Origin: Chiloscyllium plagiosum
Taxonomy: Eukaryota
Direction of reading: 5' to 3'
Length of the DNA: 64,000 nt
NCBI RefSeq assembly: GCF_004010195.1
Contig: NC_057718.1
Span: forward strand, 39,600,635-39,664,634
Shown here: positions 26,601 through 38,600 of the stretch, in pieces
How the letters are laid out: each line of letters starts with the position of its first letter
How positions within the stretch are numbered: position 1 is the first letter of the stretch
Program-made: the position numbers and the translations under genes
The notes under the pieces: generated by a model
Database searches by the model: none
Seen by the model: the letters and a program-made list of their open reading frames with translations, nothing else
What the model was told of the DNA's origin: nothing

Positions 26601-29600
26601 TACTCCATCTACTCCAGCTGTAGTCAAAGCCCCCTCCATTTCCAATGAACATCTGTGATTCAGATGAAGGTGGAAGGCAACACAGGTCACACTTCACACA
26701 GTGAGTCACATGTTCAGCCTGTTCACCTTACCCCCTCCCTCCACCCCACAACAAAGCTTCATGTTCCTTTTCCTTGCACTCCCTGGCACCACCTCTATTC
26801 TTAGCTTCCACATGATCTCATACAGCTCCTTGAAATACAACTTCATCTTCCAACATTACTCCTGGTTCCAGTCCTCCAAGATTAGCTAAGATATAAGTGT
26901 GGTGATGCACTGGCTCCCCCATCAAAGCCAAGATGGTGATAACCATCAATGACTGCACCCTCCAATCCCACTGTACCCAAGTCCTCTAATGCACCATCTT
27001 CTTCCCCCACTTACATGTTGAGTTGGTCCCATTTTGCATGGGTTTCCTCCGGGTGCTCTGGTTTCCTTCCACAGTCGAAAGATGTGCAGGTTAGGTGAAT
27101 TGGCCATGCTAAATTGCCCATAGTGTTAGGTGAAGGGGTAAATGTAGGGGAATGGGTGTGGGTGGGTTGCGCTTCAGCGGGTCAGTGTGGACTTGTTGAG
27201 CCGAAGGGCCTGTTTCCACACTAAGTAATCTAATCTAATCTAATCTAATCTAATTTTGCTGGTTCCAATCCACACTAGTGACTTCAACTTCCCTACCACA
27301 GCAGTGGCCCCGACAAAGCCCTTGACTCTGAGTTAGCAGGCCCCCAGGACTGACAGTAGACCACCCCCTGACCAGTTTGAATGAACAGCCCAATTAATGG
27401 ATGACCAGACACTGACTGACATGAGGTGCACCAACATATTCATCTGACTACTGCTGACAAGCTGCCTGGCTTTGTGCCTCCACTAAATGACAAGGCGAGA
27501 CAGAAGAGCTCTGAACATGACCAGTACCAGCCTTCATGGACAGGGGGTGCAGACAGTCACTGCCCATTGATGTTGGGCACTGTTGACCAAAATGGAGGCC
27601 CAGACTCGCAAACGGTGATTTGGAGCCACCATTACTGACTCTGCCCCTCATGTCAGGAGTTGTCACTGTCTAGATTCTCTAGTGAGAGAACAGCAAACTG
27701 TATATAAATGAGGTGGATTAGGCATTTATGAAATGTAAATGCATACAAATAGGCCTCTTGTCACTCACTGGCATGACTCTATCTCATCATTGGGTGGAAA
27801 GTTGAACTTATTTTCTTAACATTGTGACTGTCATTTTTCTGACCTTATCATTTTTCCCAATTGACTCAGCATTGCTTACGTTTTTCTGGGGCTGGGAAAA
27901 TTCAGCTCCATGTTACTTTTTTGATCTTCATAATAGTGTTCAGCCTATTTATAAGTTTGGGTTGAAGAAATTAAATAACTATGTATTGCCTTAGAAGAAG
28001 TAGGTACAAAAAAAGTTAATACTGCTGTATTCAACATTATCTATTTTAATGTATTTTCTATAATTCTTTGGTATTTGCTTTGTGTGAAAAATAATTCAGC
28101 AGAATTTATCTCCCAGGCATAAAAACATAATTAATTTTAATAATAGAAGATTGTGGTATGATGTACACTTCATTCAGTACTATGGGAATGAGAAATCCTT
28201 CATTAATATGAATAATCATGGCTTGATGCTAACCTTCAAATAAATGACTCAACAATTCAACAGCAACAAATTTGCTAAATTGCAGAGGGACTGTTCTGTT
28301 CTTTCATTTCTGGGTCCAGACTGATGAGGTGATAGCAAACTTTTGATTAAATAAATGTGCATTTAAGGGGTTACTATCCATGGTGCATCTCTTTTACATG
28401 AAACTGGTTTTAATACAATTATGGAATAAATTCATGTCACAGCATGTGAATGGCTGCTTTGAGAAATAGAACTCACAAATTCAAAGGACAAGAAATGTCT
28501 CTTCAAAATGGGATTGAGTGAGAACGAAGGGAGCTTTTGTCTATTACATCTTAACAACATGCTGAAATGTGCCTGGAGTATTTCAAAATGGATTAGATTA
28601 GATTCCCTACAGTGCGGAAACAGACCCTCCGGCCCAACAAGTCCACACCGACCCTCCAAAGAGTAACCCACCCAGATCCATTCCCCTACTCCCTACTAAT
28701 GCACCTATCACTATGGGCAATTTAGCATGGCCAATTCACCTGAATTGCACATCTTTGGACTGTGGGAGGGAACTGGAGGAAACCCACGCAGATACAGGGA
28801 GAATGTGCAAACTCCACGCAGACAGTCACCCGAGGCTGGAATCGAACCTGGGTCCCTGGTGCTGCAAGGTAGCAGTGCTAACCAATGAGCCACTGGAACA
28901 CACTATAGTTAAGATTTTATGGCCTTCTGTCAACTTGATTTGCACAAAAAGACCCAAACACACTTTTTCCCCTCTTAGTTGGAAGGGCCCAGTTTTGGAT
29001 CCACAGTTAATTTTATCAAGGAGTTCCAATCACACATTCAGATAATGACAGCTATTATCATTCTCTCCACTGAGTTGGTGTTACAAAATATTTATGGTTT
29101 CTCTGTAGCTTGACTCACACTTGATGGAATGTCCAGAAGCTGAAGTGGAATGTAGCTACAAAAAATATGGTTGCCATGTCAAGGTAAGTAACAATATTAA
29201 CTTTCATATCACCAATTATTTAAAATCATAAAACAATGCATAATTGTGACATTATTTTTACAGGAAAAGCGGTGGATGATAAGGGAACATGAACATTCTT
29301 ATTTAAATGAACATTTGTTGCTCGTTGTTACAATCAATACTAAATTAGAAGAACAGGTAATGCTTTCTGAAAAGCACTTGCATATTATTTGTTGCCAGTT
29401 TGAGTTGATGCCTGTAATCTCTGATATTGTCATGCTCCTAGGCTCCCTCCTCAATCCTTCCAGACTTTAGGCTTTCCAGAGTTTCCTGAGCACCTATGAC
29501 ACTTAGGTCTCAAGACTTTGTTTCAAAAGCCTGCACTACCTTTTATACATCAGAAAACATCCTCAATGTTTACAATTGCAGGAATCCTCCATTCAGAGCT

Positions 29601-32600
29601 CTCTGATCTCAGACCAGCCATTGCTTTGCTCAAATACAGGGAAATTCCTTTGAAATGAATCAATTTTTCAGACCCTGCTTGTCCCTGCTGTAAAATTTGA
29701 TCATTTCACAGATTATCCAAAAGGATTGAGGGATTGCAAGCAATTTTATTGAAGAACTACAGCTTAAATACAGTACATAATTAGACCAGATACAGCCCGA
29801 TGTGTAACCTCTAACCCATGAGAATGGTTTACTAGCCCAGAATGAGAGGGACTGTGGAAAGGCAGCAGGATTTGATCTTGCTGCCTGCTGTAATATTTTC
29901 TTCGTTTTTGTGACCAGGGTGAGATATTAAACTGAAAGGTAGCATGGATCCAACTCAAGGCTGAGCTGAGCAAGGTGTTGAACTGAAGCCAACATGGACA
30001 AATCTCGGGGAACTCTCCTCCACTTCTTTCTCAAAAAGCTCTTGTGAGGAAAATATCATCTATTAACTTTATTGTGTGTCAGCTCAAGCAGCTGCTGAGG
30101 AATTGCCCTCAACTAACTTACAATTCTGTAAGCACTATTATTTTTACATTACATTTCCAGAAAACCTTTTTGTAGTCATTCCCAGCGCTCACGATCATCT
30201 GGTGATCTCAGACACCAGTCTCCTCAAAGTATTCTTCTTTTCTCTGTGTGGAACATTTTCTGCAATTTGTTTCACCTGGAAGAGATAAGCCAGAAGCTAT
30301 AACATGAGAGGGCACCACTCCGCATCTAGCAAGGCTGACCAGCAGAATCTGCTGCTCTTAGTGTCTTCCATAGAGAGGATTTACACATTAAAAATTAACT
30401 TGTTTGACCATGTTATGAAATGTATCTTCTGTGCCCATCAGGTTCTGGCGTGAAACCTGAACAAGGAGCTTTTGGCTCAGAAATAGAACACTACTCACTG
30501 CACCTCAAAACCTTCCCTGAAAGTGTTCCCAGATCCTCATTTCAGTACTGCCATGATATAAACTGCTTTCCTTATGCTTCCAGAACTTAGGGCCAATATG
30601 AATGCAAATAAATTAATAACCCACCTAATACTACTCGGTAAAGTGAAGAGTTCAACCTCATATAGTCTCTGATTAACTGTAAGTAGCAGTATTAACTACC
30701 AGTTGTTAAATATGGGTGCACATTTGGGTGCATGGCGCTCATCTTATAGGCACCACCCTTGGTGGTCTAAAATGGCATTCACAGCATGTGCACACATCTG
30801 GAGTAAGTCAAGCCAGACACCATATTGACAAATGTGTTAGTGTTTGTGCACAAAGCTCCCATCAGAAACATGCAGGGTGGGCCACTCACGTGATCAGTCA
30901 GCTTGTAACAGTGATTTAACATCGGCATTGCCATTTTGAAGTTCAGTAATCCAGCTATTGTCTTTTCTTAGTCTTGTACAGGTATGCAAGCAGCAGCAGG
31001 AAGAAAACTCTGCCTAACTAGCAGTGCTGTTTTAAGGCATCGTCAACTACTTACAGCATAGTTGCTGGTTTATTTCTATTGGCTGTTGTGATTGTGCAAG
31101 TGTCGGATACTTTCTAGCATTCTTTAAAGCTGCTAAAGTCTACAGGGACCTCTGTGGCAGGTGGTGTCTGTAAAGTTTTGTCAGTTTTGCTGGCTGTAAA
31201 AATTCTAAACCACAAACCACTTACTCCCACACATGGGTGAACTAGTAGTCATCTGCCTTGGAGAATAAACTGAGGGCTTGCAGATCAGAACAGGCTGCAA
31301 TAAGAAGCAGGGGGAGGGAGAGAAGGACTCCCTGCACAACATTCAGGATGTTCAGGAAGCAACTTGTCTGAATCTCAGCAAGAAACCGTACACTACCTGA
31401 AATATTAACAAGTGAGTGAGGACATTCTCACTGAAATCTAGCAATGGCTGTCTCCACAACTGCAGCCTCAGAGCAGAGTAAGGGTTGCATTGTCATGGTG
31501 AAGGGGACAGTATTTTTGCACTGGGGTCCTTGCAAATATCAGGTACCTTCATTCTGTGGCAGACCACTATTCATTTGTCATCACAACCAACCTACTAGCT
31601 ATTAGACAAGGAAGGCTATTCTATAACAACATTGCTCATGACTTAAGTGTGCAATCCATGCACTTTTGCAGTGTAGTAATCATAAAAGCTTTGCTATTGT
31701 ACAAAATGAGATGAAGCAGACCATTAGCCTGCTGAAACAGCGAGTGGGACTTGGTGCAACTGATGTGCATTGAACTGACCATTTGAAGAACCAGTGGCAA
31801 ACCTGCATTGCTCCTGAGCAGGAAGCCCAACTGAATTTAAATGCCTTTCAGAAATTTAGCTGGCCAATGTCCAGCCATCCCAGGCATCAGGACATTGAAA
31901 GCAGAAATCACACCCATTGTGAGCTGCTGGTCAATCTGAGAAGCATCCTGGGGGACGTCTACAGTACTCTCCTGATGAAGAGCTAATGCCCAAAATGTCA
32001 ATTCTCCTGCACCTCAGATGCTGCCTGACCTGCTGTGCTTTTCCAGCACCATACTCTCGACTCTGATCTCCAGCATTTGCAGTCCTCACTTTCTCCAGAG
32101 TGTGTGCCAGATTCCATGATAGTCTTTTGTGTGTCAGTGTCACACCATCATGAGGGCACAGCCCTTCCCGCTAACTAAACAGAGAGTAGCTGAGGACCAA
32201 AGTGGAGAAAGATGGAGGAGGTAAACTGGACAACCTCAGTTTACCCAGGTTCTGTATGAACAACCCACCTGACTGTGAACCCTGTAACCCTAACTTTAGT
32301 CCCTCATTCTCTGAGCTCACCTTCCCTCTGTCAATCCCACTGCAGTGTTCACAATGTGAAACAATAAATCCAACAAGAAATATGCATTCCAAACCATGTC
32401 AAATGGCATACAAACACCAATCAGTCATCCTCATGCATTCCATTGTCATCAGGGTCCATTTTCCTGCCCTCTAGCTCCTATTCAATACAAATCCAATGGC
32501 CACAGCATGGTGGCTGGGAGCTGCTGAATTTCAATGGGAGAGACTGCAGAGAGAAGATGACCAACTCTGAGCCCACAAAGCCTGGTTTCAGACAGCGCTG

Positions 32601-35600
32601 TTTTAGCATAGTCAGGTTGGCTGACTGACAGGCTAAGGCTCTGGCAGAACATTGAATACTGCCATCATGAGAGAAGACAGCAAGTCTTTACAGAGACATT
32701 GCTAGTCCCTAGTATAACCTCAGCCATTCTGGCATTGTGTTGAAGGACAAATTGCTGGACTGTAGCTGAAATATTCTTGACACAACAATCCACAGTCACA
32801 CTGACAGCTGTCCAAATGTGTATGGCAGCAAGCAAATCTTTAGCTTTAGTTAACACAGATATTGGGGGGCTGCTTCAGCTGCAGTAAAAGGTGATGTATC
32901 AGTTACTGCACATTCTATCATAGTTGGATCCAGAGGTGTGCTAGTGAGTTTGCCACCAGTTTCATGCTGAAAGAATTAGGTTACAAGCTCTGTGCAGACC
33001 CTTTTGCAAATTTGGTGCTGGATCCCTCTGTGCTTTTTTTTGTATCCAGAGCAGGCTTTCTGGCAGGCCTGACAAAGCACCAAGCATTATATTGTGCACT
33101 TGATTTAACCTCCTCTGTAGCCCGCCCCATCAAAATGTTCACCTGAGGTCTCTGTGGTAGACTTCAGGAGAGCCCACCCACTGGTGAGCTGACAGCTATG
33201 CAACACTTACCCTGGCCAATACAGGCCACTTGTGCTCACTGCATCGATGCTATCCTCCACTTTACAGGCAGTGTCAGTCTCTGCCCTAGTGGTAACAAAT
33301 TGTAAATGAAGTTCTGATGTTTTTTCATCATTAGTATTTTCATCTTCCACCTATCATTCTGGTGGCTGTGGTTCCTGAGTATTTGGAAAGAAATTAAGTA
33401 GAGGGGTAAAGTTGTGGTGAGAGGCAATATTGGAGAAAGTAAGAGATGCATACTCGCACAGTCTGCACCTTATAAATCAGAAGCGAGTGTAGGATGGGAG
33501 AGGACACTGCCTGGGGAGGTAGGATGGGAGAAAGAGGATTAGGTATGGTTATACTGTCATCTTCTATAGTTTCACCTCCACCCACTCCAGTGATGGTGAT
33601 CTTCTGCCTGGCAGTAAGGACAGGCCTCTTCCCCACACTGTAAGTTTGCTTTGTTTCCAGTTGTGCAACGTCTTTTCCTGAGAGAGAGGGAGAGGATTGT
33701 CAGTGGGTGTGGTGTAGTCTGCCTGTGTGATGTGGCTGTCAGTAGAATAGCTGTGTAGATGTGGGTGTGAAGCTTACAGCAGTGCTCAGTGTTTGATGGT
33801 GAGGGAAACTGTGATTGTTAAGTAAAAGTTCTGTTGTCACAGACTGTTAGGAGATGAGCAGCATCTGAGATTGTGGTCTACTTGATTGGACGTGACGTTT
33901 GAAGACAAATTTGCTGGTTTTCACTACTAGTGAGGTCATTGAACTTTATGCAGCTCTGTACAGGTACTTGGGCTTGATTCCTGGCATTGTCCAGCAGAGC
34001 TGACTGGCCCCACTGTCTTCCAAACATTTGGAGGGCCTCCTGGCTTCCCATACATACATACTTTCCTGCTTTGCATCTTCGCCACTAAGATCTCGTGTGC
34101 AGTATCTGAGAATCTTGAAGCAGACTCTTTCCTATGTTATGCCATTATTCAGTGCATTTTTAATGTCAGAGTGCCTTATACAAAACAATTCAGCACTTGT
34201 GCTTCAGTATAAGGCACGTCCTCATCAAGAGAAACAGACCAATTTTACTTACTGTAGGCTAACTTCAACCTAGCCCCTCTCAATTTTGATTCCCTCTGTT
34301 GAGGTGTAAAGCAACTCAATGGTGAATTTAGTTTTAGCTGCACACTACAATCTTAGTACCAAACAGCAAACACCAGACTCTGTATGTTGGCAATCTCACA
34401 TTGACAGCATGAAAGACAATGGTGCTTTGTGAGTCCCATGTCATGGGTTTTCCAATTTAGCGTGTATGCTATTATGAAAGTGTTTTATAAAGAAAGAACT
34501 TGCAATTGTAAAACATCATTCAAGTTCTTGGAAAGCTCCAAAGACCTTAAAGCTGATAAATTACTTTTGGAGTGTAGTTATTGTTATTATGAGGAGAGGC
34601 TGTGTAGATTGGGATTATATTCATTGGAATTCAGAAAGATGAGGAGGGATCTTATAGAAACATATAAAGTTATGAATGGAATCAATAAAATAGAAATAGA
34701 TAAGATGTTTCCACTGGTAGGTGAAACTAGAACAAGAGGTCATGGCCTCAAGATTAGAGGAAGCAGGTTTACAATTGAACTGAGAAGGAACTTCTTCACC
34801 CAGAGGGTTGTTAATCTATGGAATTCCTTGCCCAGGCAAGTAATTGTCGCTACTTTCAGTAATGTTTTTGAAAAATAAAGGAATTAAGGGATATGGTGAG
34901 AGTGTGGGTAAGTGGAGCTGAGTTCACAAAAAGATTAGCCATGATCCTACTGAGTGGCGGAGCAGGCTCGAAGGGCTGGCCGGCCTACTCCTGCTCCTAG
35001 TTCTTATAAAGGCAAATTGAACTCAGTAATCTAAAGTATTTAGCCTTAATATTGTTACTTTGGTAGTGTAATTTTTATTCATCTAATGTAATCCATTAGT
35101 AACATTGTTTGGAAACATTACTACATCTGCAGAGGTATTCCAGAGACGTGGGTAGCTGAGGGGATTCACACAGATCACAATGACCTTTCATTTTGAGCAA
35201 TTTACAGAAACATTTTACACAATGCTCTTATTTGCTGAGTTGAAGAAAATACTGTAAAATTTGTTACAGACAAACTGCACATACAATTAAAATTGAAATA
35301 TAGGTGACCACACGAGGAGTATGAATGTTTACAAGGGGTTGAAAAGAATTGTTGCTCAGTTTTACTGTTGGCCTACTTGCAGTAATTCCTAATGTTGTTA
35401 AGTTTTATTCAAACTTCTCTTTAATTTCTTAATGCTAGATTTTAGATTTAAAAAACACTTTATGTGAAAGGAATCAAGCCATCATTCAATTAGAAGAACA
35501 GATCAGCAAACTTGACATGGAAATGAGGCAATTAAATGGGCACATTTCCAAAAATGATGATGAAGTTGCAAGAACACAGGTAAGAAATTTCTCTGAGTGG

Positions 35601-38600
35601 GATTTTCATTGATCACCATCTTTGTAAATAGTTCTGTGCACCCTAAACTGGTAGCTAAATACCTCTGCTTTGGCCATTTGTGACTGGTAAGGCCTCAGCT
35701 TAGGCAATAGAGATGTGGAGCAGATTTCCTGCTCTTTTGATCAGAGGAGATACGTGGAACCACTAACTTAGAGTCATAGAGATGTACAGCATGGAACCAA
35801 CCTGTCCATGCCGACCAGATATCCCAACCCAATCTAGTCCCACCTGCCAGCACCTGGCCCATATCCCTCCAAACCCTTCCTATTCATATACCCATCCAAA
35901 TGCCTCTTAAATGTTGCAATTGTACCAACCTCCACCACATCCTCTGGCAGCTCATTCCATACATGTACCACCCTCTGCGTGAAAAGGTTGCCCCTTAGGT
36001 CTCTTTTATATCTTTCCCCTGTCACCCTAAACCTATGCCCTCTAGTTCTGGACTCCCCGACCCCAGGGAAAAGACTTTGTCTATTTATCCTATCCATGCC
36101 CCTCATAATTTTGTAAACCTCTACAAGGTCAACCCTCAGCCTCCGACGCTCCAGGGAAAACAGCCCCAGCCTGTTCAGCATCTCCCTATAGCTCAAATCC
36201 TCCAACCCTGGCAACTCCCAGTATTCCATGAGATCTAACCTTGCTAATCAATCTCCCACAGGGAACCTTGTCGAATGCCTTACTGAGGTCCATATAGATC
36301 ACATTTACCGCTCTGCCCTCAGCAATCCTCTTTGTTACTTCTTCAAAAAACTCAATCAAGTTTGTGAGACATGATTTCCCACGCACAAAGCAATGTTGAC
36401 TACCCCTAATCAGTCCTTGCCTTTCCAAATACATGTACTTCCTGTCCCTCAGGATGCCCTCCAACAACTTGCCCACCACCGACATCAGGCTCACCGGTCT
36501 ATAGTTCCCTGGCTTGTCCTTACCACCCTTCTTAAACGGTGGCACCATGTTAGCCAGCCTTCTGGCACCTCACCTGTGACTATCGATGATACAAGTATCT
36601 CAGCAAGAGGCCCAGCAATCACTTCTCTGCTTTCCCATAGAGTTCTAGGGTACACCTGATCAGGTCCTGGGGATTTATCCACCTTTATGCATTTTAAGAC
36701 ATCCAGCACTTCCTCCTCTGTAATATGGACATTTTGCAATGTGTCCCATCTATTTCCCTACATTCTATATCTTCCATATCCTTTTGCACAGTAAAAACTG
36801 ATGCAAAATACTCGTTTAGTATCTCCCCCAATTTCTGCGGCTCCACACAAAGGCCGCCTTGCTGATTGATCTTTGAGGGGCCCTATTGTCTCCCTAGTAA
36901 CCCTTTTGTCCTTAATGTATTTGTAAAAACCCTTTGGATTCTCCTTAGTTCTATTTGCCAACGCTATCTCATGTCCCATTTTTGCTTTCCTGATTTCCCT
37001 CTTAAGTACACTCGTACTGCCTTTATACTCTTCTGAGGATTCACTCGATCTGTCTATATCTTACATATGCTTCCTTCTTTTTCTTAACCAAACCCTCAAT
37101 TTCTTTAGTCATTCAGCATTCCCTGTACCTATCAGCCTTTCCTTTCACCCTAACAGGAATATACTTTATCTGGATTCTCGTTATCTCATTCATGAAGGCT
37201 TCCCATTTTCCAGCCATCCCTCTACCTGCGAACATCTGCCCCCAATCAGCTTTTGACAATTCTTGCCTAATACCGTCAAAATTAGCCTTTCTCCAATTTA
37301 GAAGTTCAACTTTTGGATCTGGTCTACCCTTTTCCATCACTATTTTAAAACGAATAGAATTATGGTCGTTGGCCCTAAAGTGCTCAGTCACCGGCCCTGC
37401 CTTATTTCCCAAGAGTAGGTCAAGTTTTGCACCTTCTCTTGTAGGTACATCCACATACTGAATCAGAATATTTTCTTGTACACACTTAACAAATTCCTCT
37501 GCATCTAAACCCTTAACACTATGGCAGTCCCAGTCTAAGTTTGGAAAGTTAAAATCCCCTACCATAACCACCCTATTATTCTTACAGATAGCTGAGATCT
37601 CCTCACAAACTTGTGGAAAATAAACAAAATTCCAGAAGGATCCCAGGCTAAAACTGGCAGAATGTTGTTTTCCCCTACCCAATCTTAAAAATGCTTACTT
37701 CTATAATTCAAACCAAGCATTGAAAACAGTCAGTCATTTTAAAAAATCCTCTAATTATTTATTTGCCCTTTTTGTTGTACTTTAAAAGAATTGGCTCTCT
37801 GCAAAAGAGAAAAACATGCTATTGTTTTTGTTTTATTTTGTAATAGAGAAGTACAGTTCTTTCGAATTGAAACTGTTCAACTAGGGATGAAATGATAATC
37901 ATTCACAATGGCCTAGATTTTCCATGGCCTGACATTGGTTATTCCAGTGTAGATGAGGGTTACAAAGAATTGTCGGAGAAATTGAAGATTCTGCTAGACA
38001 ATCTCCATATGCCTGGAAAATCTTCATTTAGATCAGACAATTCAGAGTTTCAATGAAATTATGTAAATACTTCCTCAGGAAATATTAGACTATTAAATCC
38101 GTAGCCTAACTGGTGATAACTATTCAACTGACCCCAACCTTATCTCAAATGCCCTCAACTACACCTCCTAATAGACCTCTTACAAGACCATGGTCTGACC
38201 ACCACCCCTTTCCCACTTTGCCTCAGTCTCACTTCCCAGCTGCTCAACTCCTACTATCGCCGCTCCACACCCAACCACAACCCCCTCCACCTCCCCTGGC
38301 AGGACCCAATACCCCATTTTGCCTTCCACTGCAGATCTGCTCTCTTTTATCTCACTCTGAACCTAACCACACTTTCACTGCTCTGGACCCAGTGGGACTG
38401 ATCCCCAAATTGATCATCCATTCTGCACCCAACTCCCCTTTCATTCCTATTCCCTTGTTGTGGCACCTACCCTTTGTATGGTATTACTTGGATACTGTAA
38501 AGTTGTAATACTTCTCTGCCAATTTTCTACCCTTTTTTGATCTATTTTATTCTAATTGTTATGTCAACATACTGTTGCTTTAAAACAGAAAATGCTAGCT

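Larger units (their letters stand above)
22627..27908 (-). mobile_element. Decayed PIF/Harbinger transposon with HARBI1-like transposase remnants
   Basis: TIR-like GGACTGAATCTT / GAGCTGAATTTT. Minus-strand peptides ENTYNVAHSSTR..MRFYCLD...LQY...CCAL (23441-23641) and KATTALN...FQ...GFSQSTTHKC (25564-25773). Confidence 0.7.

Noticed and set aside
38113..38508. 131-aa proline-rich ORF
   Set aside because: C-rich low-complexity intronic sequence with no recognisable domain or exon fit.
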